IMG/VR virus record: IMGVR_UViG_3300010362_000032
Span: 1 to 46,568 of that record
Reading direction: 5' to 3' (one strand)
Source: a virus
Lineage: Duplodnaviria > Caudoviricetes
Length of the DNA: 46,568 nt
Shown: in pieces, positions 35,973-45,680 of the stretch
Layout: each line of letters opens with the position of its first letter
Position numbering within the stretch: position 1 is the first letter of the stretch
Program-made: the position numbers and the translations under genes
The notes under the pieces: generated by a model
Seen by the model: only the letters and a program-made list of their open reading frames with translations
Told to the model about the DNA's origin: nothing
Databases searched by the model: none

Positions 35973-37852
35973 TATGGCGTTACCCTAATTGTCTTTACTT
36001 TCTTCTTCGTGAGAGCTTCAAGATCACCAATTATCTTGGACTGCATAAATGCTGCATCTATTTGCTTCTGCCCAGCAAGAGGCTGAACTCTCTTAAACTG
36101 CTCCGCAAATTCTTTATACCCAGGCAAGCTAGATATCTTTGGACCGAACTGTTCAAAGTACCTGCCTTCACCGCCCTTATACCAAGGTCTGCCTGGATGA
36201 AGTATTCCCAAAGCCTGGTCAGCAGCTTCTTTCCACTGTGCATCGTTTAGTGGCTTCTTCTGATCTTTCTCCATCTTTTCTGCTATATCGCCAAGGACAG
36301 CCTTAAACTGTGGTGTTCTAACCTTGGGGCTGTTAATGATATCTTTTGGTATATAGTCAGCATTCTTCAATACACCCCATCCACGTTCAACTCTGGTATG
36401 AGCTTCGGACTTACCCTCCCTAACGCGTTCCTGCTCATATATGTTATACAGTATATCCCGCTCCTGTCGCGGTATTTGCAACTTGCTAATTAATGATGGA
36501 TCAGCTGTTATCTCCGCAGCTGCCTGTTGCGGGTCGCCATACAGCAGTCTGCCTCTCCACGTGCGATATATCGCATCTGACTCATCTGAACGCAGAATAT
36601 CATGCTCATTATTACTCTGAATGATCTTGTCTATCGCATCTCTATGATCTGGCGTTAGCTTCCAGTAAGCTTCCTTAAACCCAGGTTCGGTCAAAGCGTC
36701 TTCTATCCTCTTAGGCTTCTTACCAGATTGTGTCTTGTAGCCATGAGCAACATCTAGCGTCTTATACAAGGTTTGCCTTTGCTGTTCTTCGTGCTCTCGC
36801 CTAGCAATGTTCAGCCTATTCTCAGCTGCATCTTCTGCCTTCTTGCTATATGTAGCATCTCCTGGCCGTTCCCTCTCAGCTTTATCACGTGCTTGCTTTA
36901 TTACCTCTTCTCTACTTATCTCTGTTGCAGCCTTCTTACCACCTTCCGATAGGTCATCATACACTTTATCTGCAATATTCCTAGACCCTGCATTATCGCG
37001 TTCGCCCTTAACCCGATTGTACACAGGAACATAATGCTCTGGAAGAAGCTTATCCTTGTTCGCTTCAAGCATCTGTAAAGCTTCACTTGGCCTCTTTTCG
37101 GATAAGAGCGTTATCTTATCAGCAAGCATCTTACTCGTCTTTGTCTGAATGTAATATTGCTCTTGTGGGCTACCAGGAGCCCAACCCTTGGCTGGCGATA
37201 TCGAGTCTCTAACTGTCTGCTCAATAGCATCTAGGGACTTCTTATAGTCTTCTTCGCTGTCTGACTTAGAGCCACTAGAGATTAGCATATTAACTCTAGC
37301 TTCAGCAGCAGCTACAAATGAGTTCTTAGTCTCAGTTGCGCTATGCCTACCTGACTCTCTAGCAGCCTGAACAAACGAATGCGTTGTCTGTGCATCAAAT
37401 GCCTTCTGCTGCATAGGATTGGTTAGCTTAGACTTGTAGTCTTGTCTAAGCTTCTCTAAGCTATCCAGATGTGTTCGTAACGCAGCTGGACTAGCTGCAT
37501 CTCCTGCTTGCGATAGAAAGTCAGTTTGCTTTGCCTCTTTATCCAACTCATAACTAATCGTAGATTGATTAACTACCTTCTCATTCTCCAGGTCCTGTAG
37601 GGCCATAGCCCTATTGAACATCTCATCGCCAGCATGATCGAATGCTTTACCTAGACTAGAGATTGCGGCACCAACTGTATTCATGCTGGAGCCAAGCGTT
37701 TGGAACCCAAGGCGACCAACATTCTCTAGTGCTTGGCCTGTAGCGCCAGATATCTGCACATGTGGAAAGTCCACATGCAGCGATGGGATAGCCGCAGTTC
37801 TGCGTGCTTCCTCTGGCTTTACGGTTGGTACTGGATCATATTTGACTGGCAT
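35972..37852 (-). CDS. Internal virion (ejection) protein
   Basis: 626 aa helical; synteny. Confidence 0.75.
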   Translation of the reverse strand: MPVKYDPVPTVKPEEARRTAAIPSLHVDFPHVQISGATGQALENVGRLGFQTLGSSMNTVGAAISSLGKAFDHAGDEMFNRAMALQDLENEKVVNQSTISYELDKEAKQTDFLSQAGDAASPAALRTHLDSLEKLRQDYKSKLTNPMQQKAFDAQTTHSFVQAARESGRHSATETKNSFVAAAEARVNMLISSGSKSDSEEDYKKSLDAIEQTVRDSISPAKGWAPGSPQEQYYIQTKTSKMLADKITLLSEKRPSEALQMLEANKDKLLPEHYVPVYNRVKGERDNAGSRNIADKVYDDLSEGGKKAATEISREEVIKQARDKAERERPGDATYSKKAEDAAENRLNIARREHEEQQRQTLYKTLDVAHGYKTQSGKKPKRIEDALTEPGFKEAYWKLTPDHRDAIDKIIQSNNEHDILRSDESDAIYRTWRGRLLYGDPQQAAAEITADPSLISKLQIPRQERDILYNIYEQERVREGKSEAHTRVERGWGVLKNADYIPKDIINSPKVRTPQFKAVLGDIAEKMEKDQKKPLNDAQWKEAADQALGILHPGRPWYKGGEGRYFEQFGPKISSLPGYKEFAEQFKRVQPLAGQKQIDAAFMQSKIIGDLEALTKKKVKTIRVTP

Positions 37853-38565
37853 TATGCTGCCTTCGACCCAAATAGACCTGACATATTACCACTAGTCCAC
37901 TTACTGGCTACCGATCCGGCTGTGTTAACCAGCGAGCCGAAAGCGTTAATATTACCTGCGGTCCCAGCTAGTGACATAGCCTGCTGCTGCAACGGCAACG
38001 CCTTCTCTGTTATGCCAGCAGCAGTCATCGCATTAGCAGCTTGTGCTGTATTCATAGTTGCTGTGTAGCGATACACATCCGCCTGTGCTGATGCATTAGC
38101 CGCTTCAACTGTATATCCATATGCCCTACGGGCTGCACTGGCTTTGTTCAGGGCCTGATCCCACTGGCCCATCTCAACCATGCTTTCGCGAACTTCAACA
38201 CTCGAACCAGAATTAACGTCAATACCAGATGCACCTTGGGCAGCTTTAGCTGTGCCCAGATCGTGCCTATACTTCATTCCAATCTGTTCACCTGTAATCT
38301 CCCCAACATCAAGCTCATAGTCTGCGTTCTGCTCAGCAATCTTTTTGTTCATATCAGCTACAGCAGCTTGGTATTGATTTATGTTAGATTGATATTCGTA
38401 CTGCTGTGCTTGCGCTTTAAACCCAAATGCCTGCCCAATAGTCTGCAACATCGACCCAGCAATACCGATCTGCTGACCAGCTGCTTGAGTCTTGGCCCCC
38501 ATTGCTCCTGTGATACCGCCGAGGATCGAGCTACCGATCCCCACCATTCCCATTGCGCCTGCCAT
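37852..38565 (-). CDS. Internal virion protein (T7 gp14-like)
   Basis: Ala/Gly/Gln-rich; GASGIDVNSGS motif. Confidence 0.8.
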   Translation of the reverse strand: MAGAMGMVGIGSSILGGITGAMGAKTQAAGQQIGIAGSMLQTIGQAFGFKAQAQQYEYQSNINQYQAAVADMNKKIAEQNADYELDVGEITGEQIGMKYRHDLGTAKAAQGASGIDVNSGSSVEVRESMVEMGQWDQALNKASAARRAYGYTVEAANASAQADVYRYTATMNTAQAANAMTAAGITEKALPLQQQAMSLAGTAGNINAFGSLVNTAGSVASKWTSGNMSGLFGSKAA

Positions 38566-38971
38566 CTCGCGTTATCCTAAATGGTATGCCTGTATGGGCT
38601 GGTGTACCGAACTTAGCCCCCAACCACTTTAGCCATCTAATTGACTTAGGAGCATTGGCGTTAACGTGACCACAGATTGACGGATACAACTCTAACGCTT
38701 GTTCTATAACCAGCTGTGAATGCCTAACCAGAATAAACGGATGATCTTTCATTAGATCAGTTGTCTGTAGCCAGAAGTAAGCTTGGTTAGACATCAGCGT
38801 AGGTGGGATCAAACCCCACATGCAGCATAGGTCACTATCAACATGACCCACCCACATTATCGAACTCCACTTAAGACAAAAGTTCATACCATATCTTTCA
38901 TCTTCAGTAAGCAATAGGTCTTCGATATAGGCCTTAGCTTCGTCCGGGCTCATAGGCTGAATTCTTGTCAT
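38531..38971 (-). CDS. GNAT-like protein (T7 gp13/DUF2833-like)
   Basis: V.....SIRWLKWLGAKF; follows tail tubular B. Confidence 0.8.
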   Translation of the reverse strand: MTRIQPMSPDEAKAYIEDLLLTEDERYGMNFCLKWSSIMWVGHVDSDLCCMWGLIPPTLMSNQAYFWLQTTDLMKDHPFILVRHSQLVIEQALELYPSICGHVNANAPKSIRWLKWLGAKFGTPAHTGIPFRITRDGRRNGNGGDR

Positions 38972-41574
38972 TTGGATGTGTCTCCCACCATTATCTCTGG
39001 GATAACACCAAGAATTGTAGCCGGTAGTGGATCATCAACCTGTAGACAGATTTGCCCAGGAACATCCCATAGTGGGTCCATAACAATGCGTTCGTCACCG
39101 GTAACTAACGCTACTGGCTGTCCCATCTGCGTTACACGGTTCATCTCTTTAATCGGCGTTAGGGTCTGGAACGTCCTGCCAGCTTTAACGCCACGGCTAT
39201 CCTTAACCCTAACCGTCAATGCAGAGACTTTCTTGCGCTTGCCTTGAACAGTTTGCTGCTCGTTACCCAAGTCCAAGGGCATAGTCTGTAGCTGCATCTG
39301 ATAGCCCAGCCCTATCGTTACATTAGATGCTGGGGCTGGTAATGTGATAGAACCACCCTGAACCGTCAGATCGCGAACAACACCACCATCTGCTAGAACT
39401 GATACTTGCTGGCCTTCCAGATGGTCTAGTCCATGTACCACAGTAATCGGTGGATCAACTGCCCAAGTCCCAGGGATACCTATATCTGGGCGCTTCTGTG
39501 GGTCATTGGGGATTAACGCAGTTATGGGCTGGATCATTTTACCCTTAACCTGGGTAGGGCTAATGTACTGCGTTACCTCAGCCTTACCACCACCAACTCT
39601 GATGATCCAGCCTACCATATTAGAACCGAATACAGCTGCGTTGGCGGTAAACGTAGCTATACCCACTGGATCAGGTAGGGTAGATATTAACACAGCTGTT
39701 GGAGTGTTGTGTACAGTAGACACACCACAATCTACGCTCCAAGCATCTTCTGCACCGAACGTAAATATTCGATCAGTAATACGTTCGATATATAGCCTAA
39801 AATCACCTGTGATCGGATTAGGCCTAGACACAGCCACATAAGTAGCATCGACACTACCCTCCGTTACCGTACAGACAGACTCAAAGTTTCCAAAGGTATC
39901 GTGGCGAGCCCAGCCGTACATGTCTTGTTCTTTAACCAAGGTTAGGGATAGCATAACGCCATCTTCGCGAACCACCCAAATCATCTTAAATGGTTCCTCA
40001 GCGTAAGCCCATTCCTTTATCTGATGCCCATAGAACAGGTGGCTGCTGAGAATAGAGATATCGTTACCTGTGTAAATATTAGCGTAGATATTGTAAGTAA
40101 GATCACGTACAATTGAACCTTTTTGTTGCACGTAGAAGATATCGTAGTTAACAAGGATTGGTGGTACATCGTTAGCTCCAATATAAGCTTGTGCAGTCGC
40201 AGTTAGCGTTGCTGGCGTTATAGGCCCACCTTGCGTTGCAACGCCACCTGCACCGCCTGATACCTGCCATGCGCCTTTAGTTGTTAGCATCACCAAGCCA
40301 GAAGGCATTGGTATCATAGATTTGATTTCGTTAACTTCAAGGCTAACTAATTCTGCATCAACTGAGTCATCATCCTGAATTGGATTGCTTGTGTCGAAGT
40401 TATAATAAGATGCCACTTTCGACATCCAGAACCTATCAACTTCATTACCGCCAGCGTTAGCGTACACAAGCCGCTGTTGGAAATAGCTAGACACTTGCAC
40501 ATGTCTAGCACCAGTAAACGGGTCTCGGTGTATAGGTGGCACTTGTGCAAAGTCTGGCGTTATGTTGGCATCAGTGAATGCACCATCCGTAGAAGTGCCT
40601 ATATAGCCAACTTCTTGCCCAGCACTAGGATTACCAGTCGTAGATACCATTGACTTATAAAAGTTATAAGCAATCGCACCAGCAGAACCTGCCGTCACAC
40701 CCATGTTTACCGTTCCGGTAGTGGTCCGCATATCCACAACACCAGAAGCGTACGCTACAGGAGCGGCTGGAGACTCCTGTCCATTAATATCAACAGCAGT
40801 TGCTGTGTACATAATAAATGCAGGCCCAGAGGCACTAGCAGATATACTGAGCGTTCCAGGTGGTGCAACACTAGCACCAATAGTAGCTTGGACTAAACTC
40901 CAGTTGGTTGCACTAACTAACGTTAACACATTCGCAAAGTGTGCTGGATGCGTTATATTCATCTGCGAGCCCTTCTGTGAGAACTTTAGAAGAGCTAGCT
41001 CAGATGCAAGATAAGGAGTACCTATAGTGTAGACCCGCTGAGATGTCCCAGCACTAACAAAAGGTGGCCATGCAGATGAGTTAACAGGAAGGCTGGTTAC
41101 ATCGTCAAGTATGGTAACGTTAGCACCACTAACAGCACCAACAACAAAAAACCTGCCATTTATCTGCGGTACTCCAGCAACTCCTTGTACGAAGATTAGT
41201 TGCCCGATAGCATAGTTATTCCCAGGTATATTCAGTATAGTAGATGTACCCTGAGTAATACCACCAACAGGAAAGCTAGTTTCAACAACTGCACCACCTT
41301 GCGTTATAAATCTAAGATACTGATTACCAAACACAAGCACATAAGTTACATCAACAGACTGCTGAAATCTAACGAGCCGGACAGGCCCATTAAGTTGGAT
41401 AGGCGCCATAATAAATTCAGTACCAGCCCTGGTTGAAGCACCGCTACGATAGTCAACAAAAAAATTGCGCATAGTAGCAGCACCACTATGATATTTAGCA
41501 AAGTCAACTCTGGCGAACAGGCTCGGAGAAAGTTCGCCAGAAGCAAACGAAGTCTGGATAACATTGTCACTCAT
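38968..41574 (-). CDS. Tail tubular protein B (nozzle)
   Basis: QTSFASGELSP, NF.V..G..R.G, YFQQRL, GWARH, HLEGQ.V.VLADG, PLPATIL. Confidence 0.93.
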   Translation of the reverse strand: MSDNVIQTSFASGELSPSLFARVDFAKYHSGAATMRNFFVDYRSGASTRAGTEFIMAPIQLNGPVRLVRFQQSVDVTYVLVFGNQYLRFITQGGAVVETSFPVGGITQGTSTILNIPGNNYAIGQLIFVQGVAGVPQINGRFFVVGAVSGANVTILDDVTSLPVNSSAWPPFVSAGTSQRVYTIGTPYLASELALLKFSQKGSQMNITHPAHFANVLTLVSATNWSLVQATIGASVAPPGTLSISASASGPAFIMYTATAVDINGQESPAAPVAYASGVVDMRTTTGTVNMGVTAGSAGAIAYNFYKSMVSTTGNPSAGQEVGYIGTSTDGAFTDANITPDFAQVPPIHRDPFTGARHVQVSSYFQQRLVYANAGGNEVDRFWMSKVASYYNFDTSNPIQDDDSVDAELVSLEVNEIKSMIPMPSGLVMLTTKGAWQVSGGAGGVATQGGPITPATLTATAQAYIGANDVPPILVNYDIFYVQQKGSIVRDLTYNIYANIYTGNDISILSSHLFYGHQIKEWAYAEEPFKMIWVVREDGVMLSLTLVKEQDMYGWARHDTFGNFESVCTVTEGSVDATYVAVSRPNPITGDFRLYIERITDRIFTFGAEDAWSVDCGVSTVHNTPTAVLISTLPDPVGIATFTANAAVFGSNMVGWIIRVGGGKAEVTQYISPTQVKGKMIQPITALIPNDPQKRPDIGIPGTWAVDPPITVVHGLDHLEGQQVSVLADGGVVRDLTVQGGSITLPAPASNVTIGLGYQMQLQTMPLDLGNEQQTVQGKRKKVSALTVRVKDSRGVKAGRTFQTLTPIKEMNRVTQMGQPVALVTGDERIVMDPLWDVPGQICLQVDDPLPATILGVIPEIMVGDTSK

Positions 41575-41645
41575 CTAAGGCCCTGGAATAGAATGGCTAT
41601 CGCCAGGAAGATTACACACAACGATAGTAGAGTTGTGTTGCTCAT
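41571..41645 (-). CDS. 24-aa single-TM peptide between tail A and tail B
   Basis: MSNTTLLSLCVIFLAIAILFQGLR; start overlaps tail A stop, stop overlaps tail B start. Confidence 0.65.
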   Translation of the reverse strand: MSNTTLLSLCVIFLAIAILFQGLR

Positions 41646-42454
41646 CAGTACATCGTCAGCATCGGGCCCCAATCGAACATGATGTTCGGTGAAAACTCCC
41701 AGGCCTGATAGCTGATGCCCCTGACTCTGATCCAATCTGGCGTTACATCATTGATGGTTAACCCTTCATTACCATCTCCAACCCGAGCTACTTGAATAAA
41801 CTGATTGGCCTCTTGGACCTTAAGCTGAGCCAAGCCTTTATCGCCAGTTAATGCAATAACCAGCCTTGATCCTAATGCTGCTACCAAAGCCTGCTGAAAG
41901 CCATCATCCCATACCTCAGGATTGGTTACACGCTTGACATACGCCAGGATAGCTTGTTCTTGATTAGTCCATATAACTTTCTGATCCGTGCCTTTGGGAT
42001 CAGGTTTACCACTCTGACCAATCTGATCGACACCAACCTTGTACCTAACCGGCGGCCCATTCCAAAAGGCAGGTGCACCACCCGTTACCGCAGTGGTAAT
42101 TGGCACGCCAGAAGTGAAACCAGTAGTAAACTGAGGCACAACAAATACAGGACGTAAACAATCGATGGGATACGCATACTCATAACTCCACGGCGGCGGT
42201 GGTATACCCTTTTCCCAAACATTTGCACCTGCCGTTGGGTTCTCAGGCGTCCCCGGTGCTGCACATATTAACGCAAGATTGGCATAGTTAAATGCACAGT
42301 TCCAAGGAGCCATGCGTAGAAGCTCGTCTCGCAAAGGATCAAACAACAGCTTGACCGCACGAGCCTCATTTGAGTCTTCATCAAAGGAAGCTATCTGCGA
42401 CCGAGTGCCGATCGCAGATAACGACCTGTTCGCTATGTCGACGGGGCTAGTCAT
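41645..42454 (-). CDS. Tail tubular protein A (adaptor)
   Basis: VDIANRSLSAIG..EAR..RDELLR..PWNCA..W.Y.YAYP.DCLR..F..AL...L. Confidence 0.9.
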   Translation of the reverse strand: MTSPVDIANRSLSAIGTRSQIASFDEDSNEARAVKLLFDPLRDELLRMAPWNCAFNYANLALICAAPGTPENPTAGANVWEKGIPPPPWSYEYAYPIDCLRPVFVVPQFTTGFTSGVPITTAVTGGAPAFWNGPPVRYKVGVDQIGQSGKPDPKGTDQKVIWTNQEQAILAYVKRVTNPEVWDDGFQQALVAALGSRLVIALTGDKGLAQLKVQEANQFIQVARVGDGNEGLTINDVTPDWIRVRGISYQAWEFSPNIMFDWGPMLTMY

Positions 42455-42711
42455 CCCCGTTGACTCCCGCCGCTATGAGTGCGACCACCAGAGCCAGGGC
42501 TACCAGAACCACGATCAGCCACGGGGCAACGAGCGTTTCCGTGGTTGTGGGCATGTAGACCTGGGCCTTGATGGTGCTGGTTAAGCGGACCCTGTGGTGG
42601 GCTATAAGTGGTAGGCTTAGCCTCCTTAATCCCACCCGTAGTTGCTCTAGCCGCCTGCGGCTTCGAGATGTCCTTCCCGTACTCGCTTAGAATATCTCTG
42701 CCACCTTTCAT
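42451..42711 (-). CDS. Gly/His-rich hypothetical protein
   Basis: MKGGRDILSEYGKD..; coupled at both ends. Confidence 0.6.
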   Translation of the reverse strand: MKGGRDILSEYGKDISKPQAARATTGGIKEAKPTTYSPPQGPLNQHHQGPGLHAHNHGNARCPVADRGSGSPGSGGRTHSGGSQRG

Positions 42712-43025
42712 CATACTCTCCTTTCATATGTGGCCGGCTTAGGAGTAGCTGGCCTTTCATCCATAGCCTGTGCTTTCTGTTCGTCTTCCTTAGCTCTCTT
42801 GATCCGCTCTTCCTCAGCCTTCTTAATCTCTTCCTCTTTCTCCTTCTTAGCTTTGGCTTCCTCCGGATAGAGTTCTTCCCAAAGCTCAAGATCAATCTCT
42901 GACAGCTTCATCTGAGAAGCCTGCCTAATGCTTGGGTACACTTCTTTGATAAGGTCGAGGATTGTCAGAAGCTGCTCGACCTTTTCGCTATCGTAGTCTG
43001 GTGCCTTCTTAGGTTCGTCAGCCAT
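42711..43025 (-). CDS. Charged hypothetical protein
   Basis: 104 aa, coupled. Confidence 0.65.
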   Translation of the reverse strand: MADEPKKAPDYDSEKVEQLLTILDLIKEVYPSIRQASQMKLSEIDLELWEELYPEEAKAKKEKEEEIKKAEEERIKRAKEDEQKAQAMDERPATPKPATYERRV

Positions 43026-43252
43026 TAGTGTCTCCCTTGTGTTCCGCTACGATGAATGGTTCGTCCACCACCAGGACCGGCTGTAGCTGGCTTAGGGCCA
43101 GGTGGATTGTAGCCCTTACCCTCAATAATGGGTTCCCTTTTGAACTGTGTAGCCAAGCCTTGCTGCGCTACACCAGCCTCAGAGGCGCCTTTTGAATGGG
43201 GTTCCCGCTTCCACGACTCGTGTCCGCTTTTGTCCGCTCTGCCTTGCTTCAT
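43025..43252 (-). CDS. Small basic hypothetical protein
   Basis: MKQGRA..GPGGGRTIHRSGTQGRH; SD present. Confidence 0.7.
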   Translation of the reverse strand: MKQGRADKSGHESWKREPHSKGASEAGVAQQGLATQFKREPIIEGKGYNPPGPKPATAGPGGGRTIHRSGTQGRH

Positions 43253-43496
43253 CCTGCATCTCCCTTAATCGACCACCCTGGCCGTGTTCACGTTCGAGTT
43301 CCAGTTGAAGAGCCGTATCTGCTCTAGTCATCTCCTTCTTAGTCCACTCTGGTGGCTGCTGCCCAATACTCTCAAAGAAGTATCGGATGTAAATAAGGTT
43401 GTGAAAGTGCTGTGCCAGCCGCATGATCTTAGGTGGAACAAGCTTATCGATATCGCGATCAGTAAGGTCCTCTGCTGGTCCTATAGGATCGGTCAT
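43179..43496 (-). CDS. Hypothetical protein
   Basis: 105 aa, AGGAG SD, ATGA-coupled. Confidence 0.65.
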   Translation of the reverse strand: MTDPIGPAEDLTDRDIDKLVPPKIMRLAQHFHNLIYIRYFFESIGQQPPEWTKKEMTRADTALQLELEREHGQGGRLREMQDEARQSGQKRTRVVEAGTPFKRRL

Positions 43497-43672
43497 GAAG
43501 TGCTATCTCCTGTTTTAGCTTGGTGCTTCTTCTTTCGAAGAATACCAGTCTTCTTGTCAGCTTGGTTAAACTCTTTGGCGACGCCCTGCGGTATACCCAT
43601 CTTCTTAGCAAAAGCTGGGTTATGTGCCGCTCCCGCCATGGTTCGGGCCATCTTGGGGGTTGAGCTAGGCAT
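43493..43672 (-). CDS. 59-aa conserved basic phage protein, not in ORF track
   Basis: MPSSTPKMARTMAGAAHNPAFAKKMGIPQGVAKEFNQADK..; coupled at both ends. Confidence 0.8.
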   Translation of the reverse strand: MPSSTPKMARTMAGAAHNPAFAKKMGIPQGVAKEFNQADKKTGILRKKKHQAKTGDSTS

Positions 43673-45336
43673 TAGAAGAAGAATCCTCCTGGTCCAACTT
43701 CGGCTGCTATGGTGCCAGGAATGTTAGCACCACCAGCGTTGACGACAGCATTGTAGTACACTATAGCTTTGGTTCCACTAACGAATCCGGCGCCCGGGTA
43801 AGTCAATGTAGCTATGCTAACTATGGTAGAGTTAAGCTGACATTGGTAGTAGTAGGTATATGCAGCCCCACCGTTGACGGTTATTGCAATAGCTGGACCC
43901 TGGAACTTACCAATTACCACTACGCTATTATAGAAGGCACCTATATGGCTAAAGGCCGAAGCACCAGCAGCTATATGGTAACCTGCATCAATGTTGAGGT
44001 AACCAGCGTGCATTACAATATTATATCCACCTACATTTTGTCCAAATATACAATCCCCTACAATGTTGAGAACCCCACCACGGTTTATCCAAATACTGCT
44101 AGAGCTATTACCACCTGAGAATGTTATGCCAGCCACACTTAAAATAGCACCATCCGCTACTACAATTCCGTTAGTAGATGCGGTCGCAAAGATGTTAACT
44201 AGACTTGGATTACTAACATTTCCTACCAACTTGTAGGCATTGCCACCAGGAAGCCGCTTGTTAAGCAAAAGCCCACCAGCAGGCATATTATGGAAAGCGT
44301 TGGACAAGTTAATAGTGAAGTCACCGTCAAGATCAGTTTCTTGAACGCTAGTGGCCCTAGCAACAGTCTGAAAGGCCCCAGCACCAGGAGCTAACCCATC
44401 GGCTACCCCAACAACGTCTGAGCCAAGGGAAGGATCAACATAGAGATTGGTTGGGGTTCTAGGCGCCCATCGTGGCGGCCTAGATATTACCCAACCGGAC
44501 TGGCTACGATTGACAACAACCTGCTGATCCGGATAAACCTTAAACTGAACTGGATAGCCAAAGATATTCATTAGCTTAGCACGGGTGTCGTTATTGACAA
44601 TCTGAACCCTAAAGTCTATAGGATATGTAGTTGGATTGCCAGCGCTAATCAGATAGTAAGCGCTACCCTGAGCGACTATCAGCCTGTTGTTATCATCCGG
44701 AATGAGCACGTATCCAGCAGTAATCAGCTTCGGGTCAGGATAGCCTCCCAATAGAGCTAAGGCCTCAGTGGTCGTAGCTGCTTGGACAACCGGCTGCATA
44801 GCCGCCGATACCATGATAGTGTTGTCTAGTGGCGTACCAGCAACAAGGTCACCGTTATCGTTAAAGAACGCAGTCTGATTCTTTCTAGCTGCCTGTGGCG
44901 GTAGATCAGCTGGCGGTGGATCGGCTACCGGTACTTTAATAGCTCGATCAAAGTCTAGAACGCCCTGCTGGATCAGCATAGTCAGATAGTCAAATTCCCT
45001 TTCGACTATAGGTGGATATATGATCGACTGATTAGCAATTGATGTACTTTGTACAGGCTCTAGGTTCCTTACAATGGTTATAGTCCACCCGGACGGTAAT
45101 GGCGAGCCGCCTGGGTTATAGGTAACTATACCACCCTGCGGAGTTGGGTTGGTTCCAGTAAGTGGAGATATAACTACAGAAAACTCTAACGTCGTCAGCT
45201 GCCGGATAACGCCAGTGTCGTCAGTTATGAACACATCAATCGCAGAAGCAGATGGCACTCCCATAGCGAAGGGCCAGTTGATGGTAACGCCATTACCATC
45301 GTAGACAATCCTTGAGTTTATATTCGTGACGGTCAT
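43672..45336 (-). CDS. Tail fibre/tailspike
   Basis: T7 gp17-like N-terminus (YDGNGVT..WPF..ITIVR..Q....N..E.EFDYLTMLIQQ); beta-helix-like C-terminus. Confidence 0.85.
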   Translation of the reverse strand: MTVTNINSRIVYDGNGVTINWPFAMGVPSASAIDVFITDDTGVIRQLTTLEFSVVISPLTGTNPTPQGGIVTYNPGGSPLPSGWTITIVRNLEPVQSTSIANQSIIYPPIVEREFDYLTMLIQQGVLDFDRAIKVPVADPPPADLPPQAARKNQTAFFNDNGDLVAGTPLDNTIMVSAAMQPVVQAATTTEALALLGGYPDPKLITAGYVLIPDDNNRLIVAQGSAYYLISAGNPTTYPIDFRVQIVNNDTRAKLMNIFGYPVQFKVYPDQQVVVNRSQSGWVISRPPRWAPRTPTNLYVDPSLGSDVVGVADGLAPGAGAFQTVARATSVQETDLDGDFTINLSNAFHNMPAGGLLLNKRLPGGNAYKLVGNVSNPSLVNIFATASTNGIVVADGAILSVAGITFSGGNSSSSIWINRGGVLNIVGDCIFGQNVGGYNIVMHAGYLNIDAGYHIAAGASAFSHIGAFYNSVVVIGKFQGPAIAITVNGGAAYTYYYQCQLNSTIVSIATLTYPGAGFVSGTKAIVYYNAVVNAGGANIPGTIAAEVGPGGFFF

Positions 45337-45680
45337 TTCATAAAGCTCCCCAACATATCTAGAACACTAGGAGGGATTGGGTTATCATCCAGATTGAAGC
45401 TGGCTACTGGCAGCGGTTCAATGTCGACCTCAACTTCACCCTTAAGCATTTCGTTGAGTGTCTTAGTAAGCTCATCGCCGGACATCTTATCTATCAGGCC
45501 GTTTCTAGTATCTAAAAAATCCTCTTGGACAGCCCTAAGCTTCCGTCGTGCAATAGCGATCTTTAGCCGAACATCTCCTGGATACTTATAGAGCGTTAGC
45601 TTATCTGAACCGTTCTGGTAGCCATCAAGATTGCCAATAGCCTGAAATATCTCAAGGGCTTCTTTAAGTGTGAGTTTCAT
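45333..45680 (-). CDS. Hypothetical protein between fibre genes
   Basis: 115 aa, coupled at both ends. Confidence 0.7.
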   Translation of the reverse strand: MKLTLKEALEIFQAIGNLDGYQNGSDKLTLYKYPGDVRLKIAIARRKLRAVQEDFLDTRNGLIDKMSGDELTKTLNEMLKGEVEVDIEPLPVASFNLDDNPIPPSVLDMLGSFMK

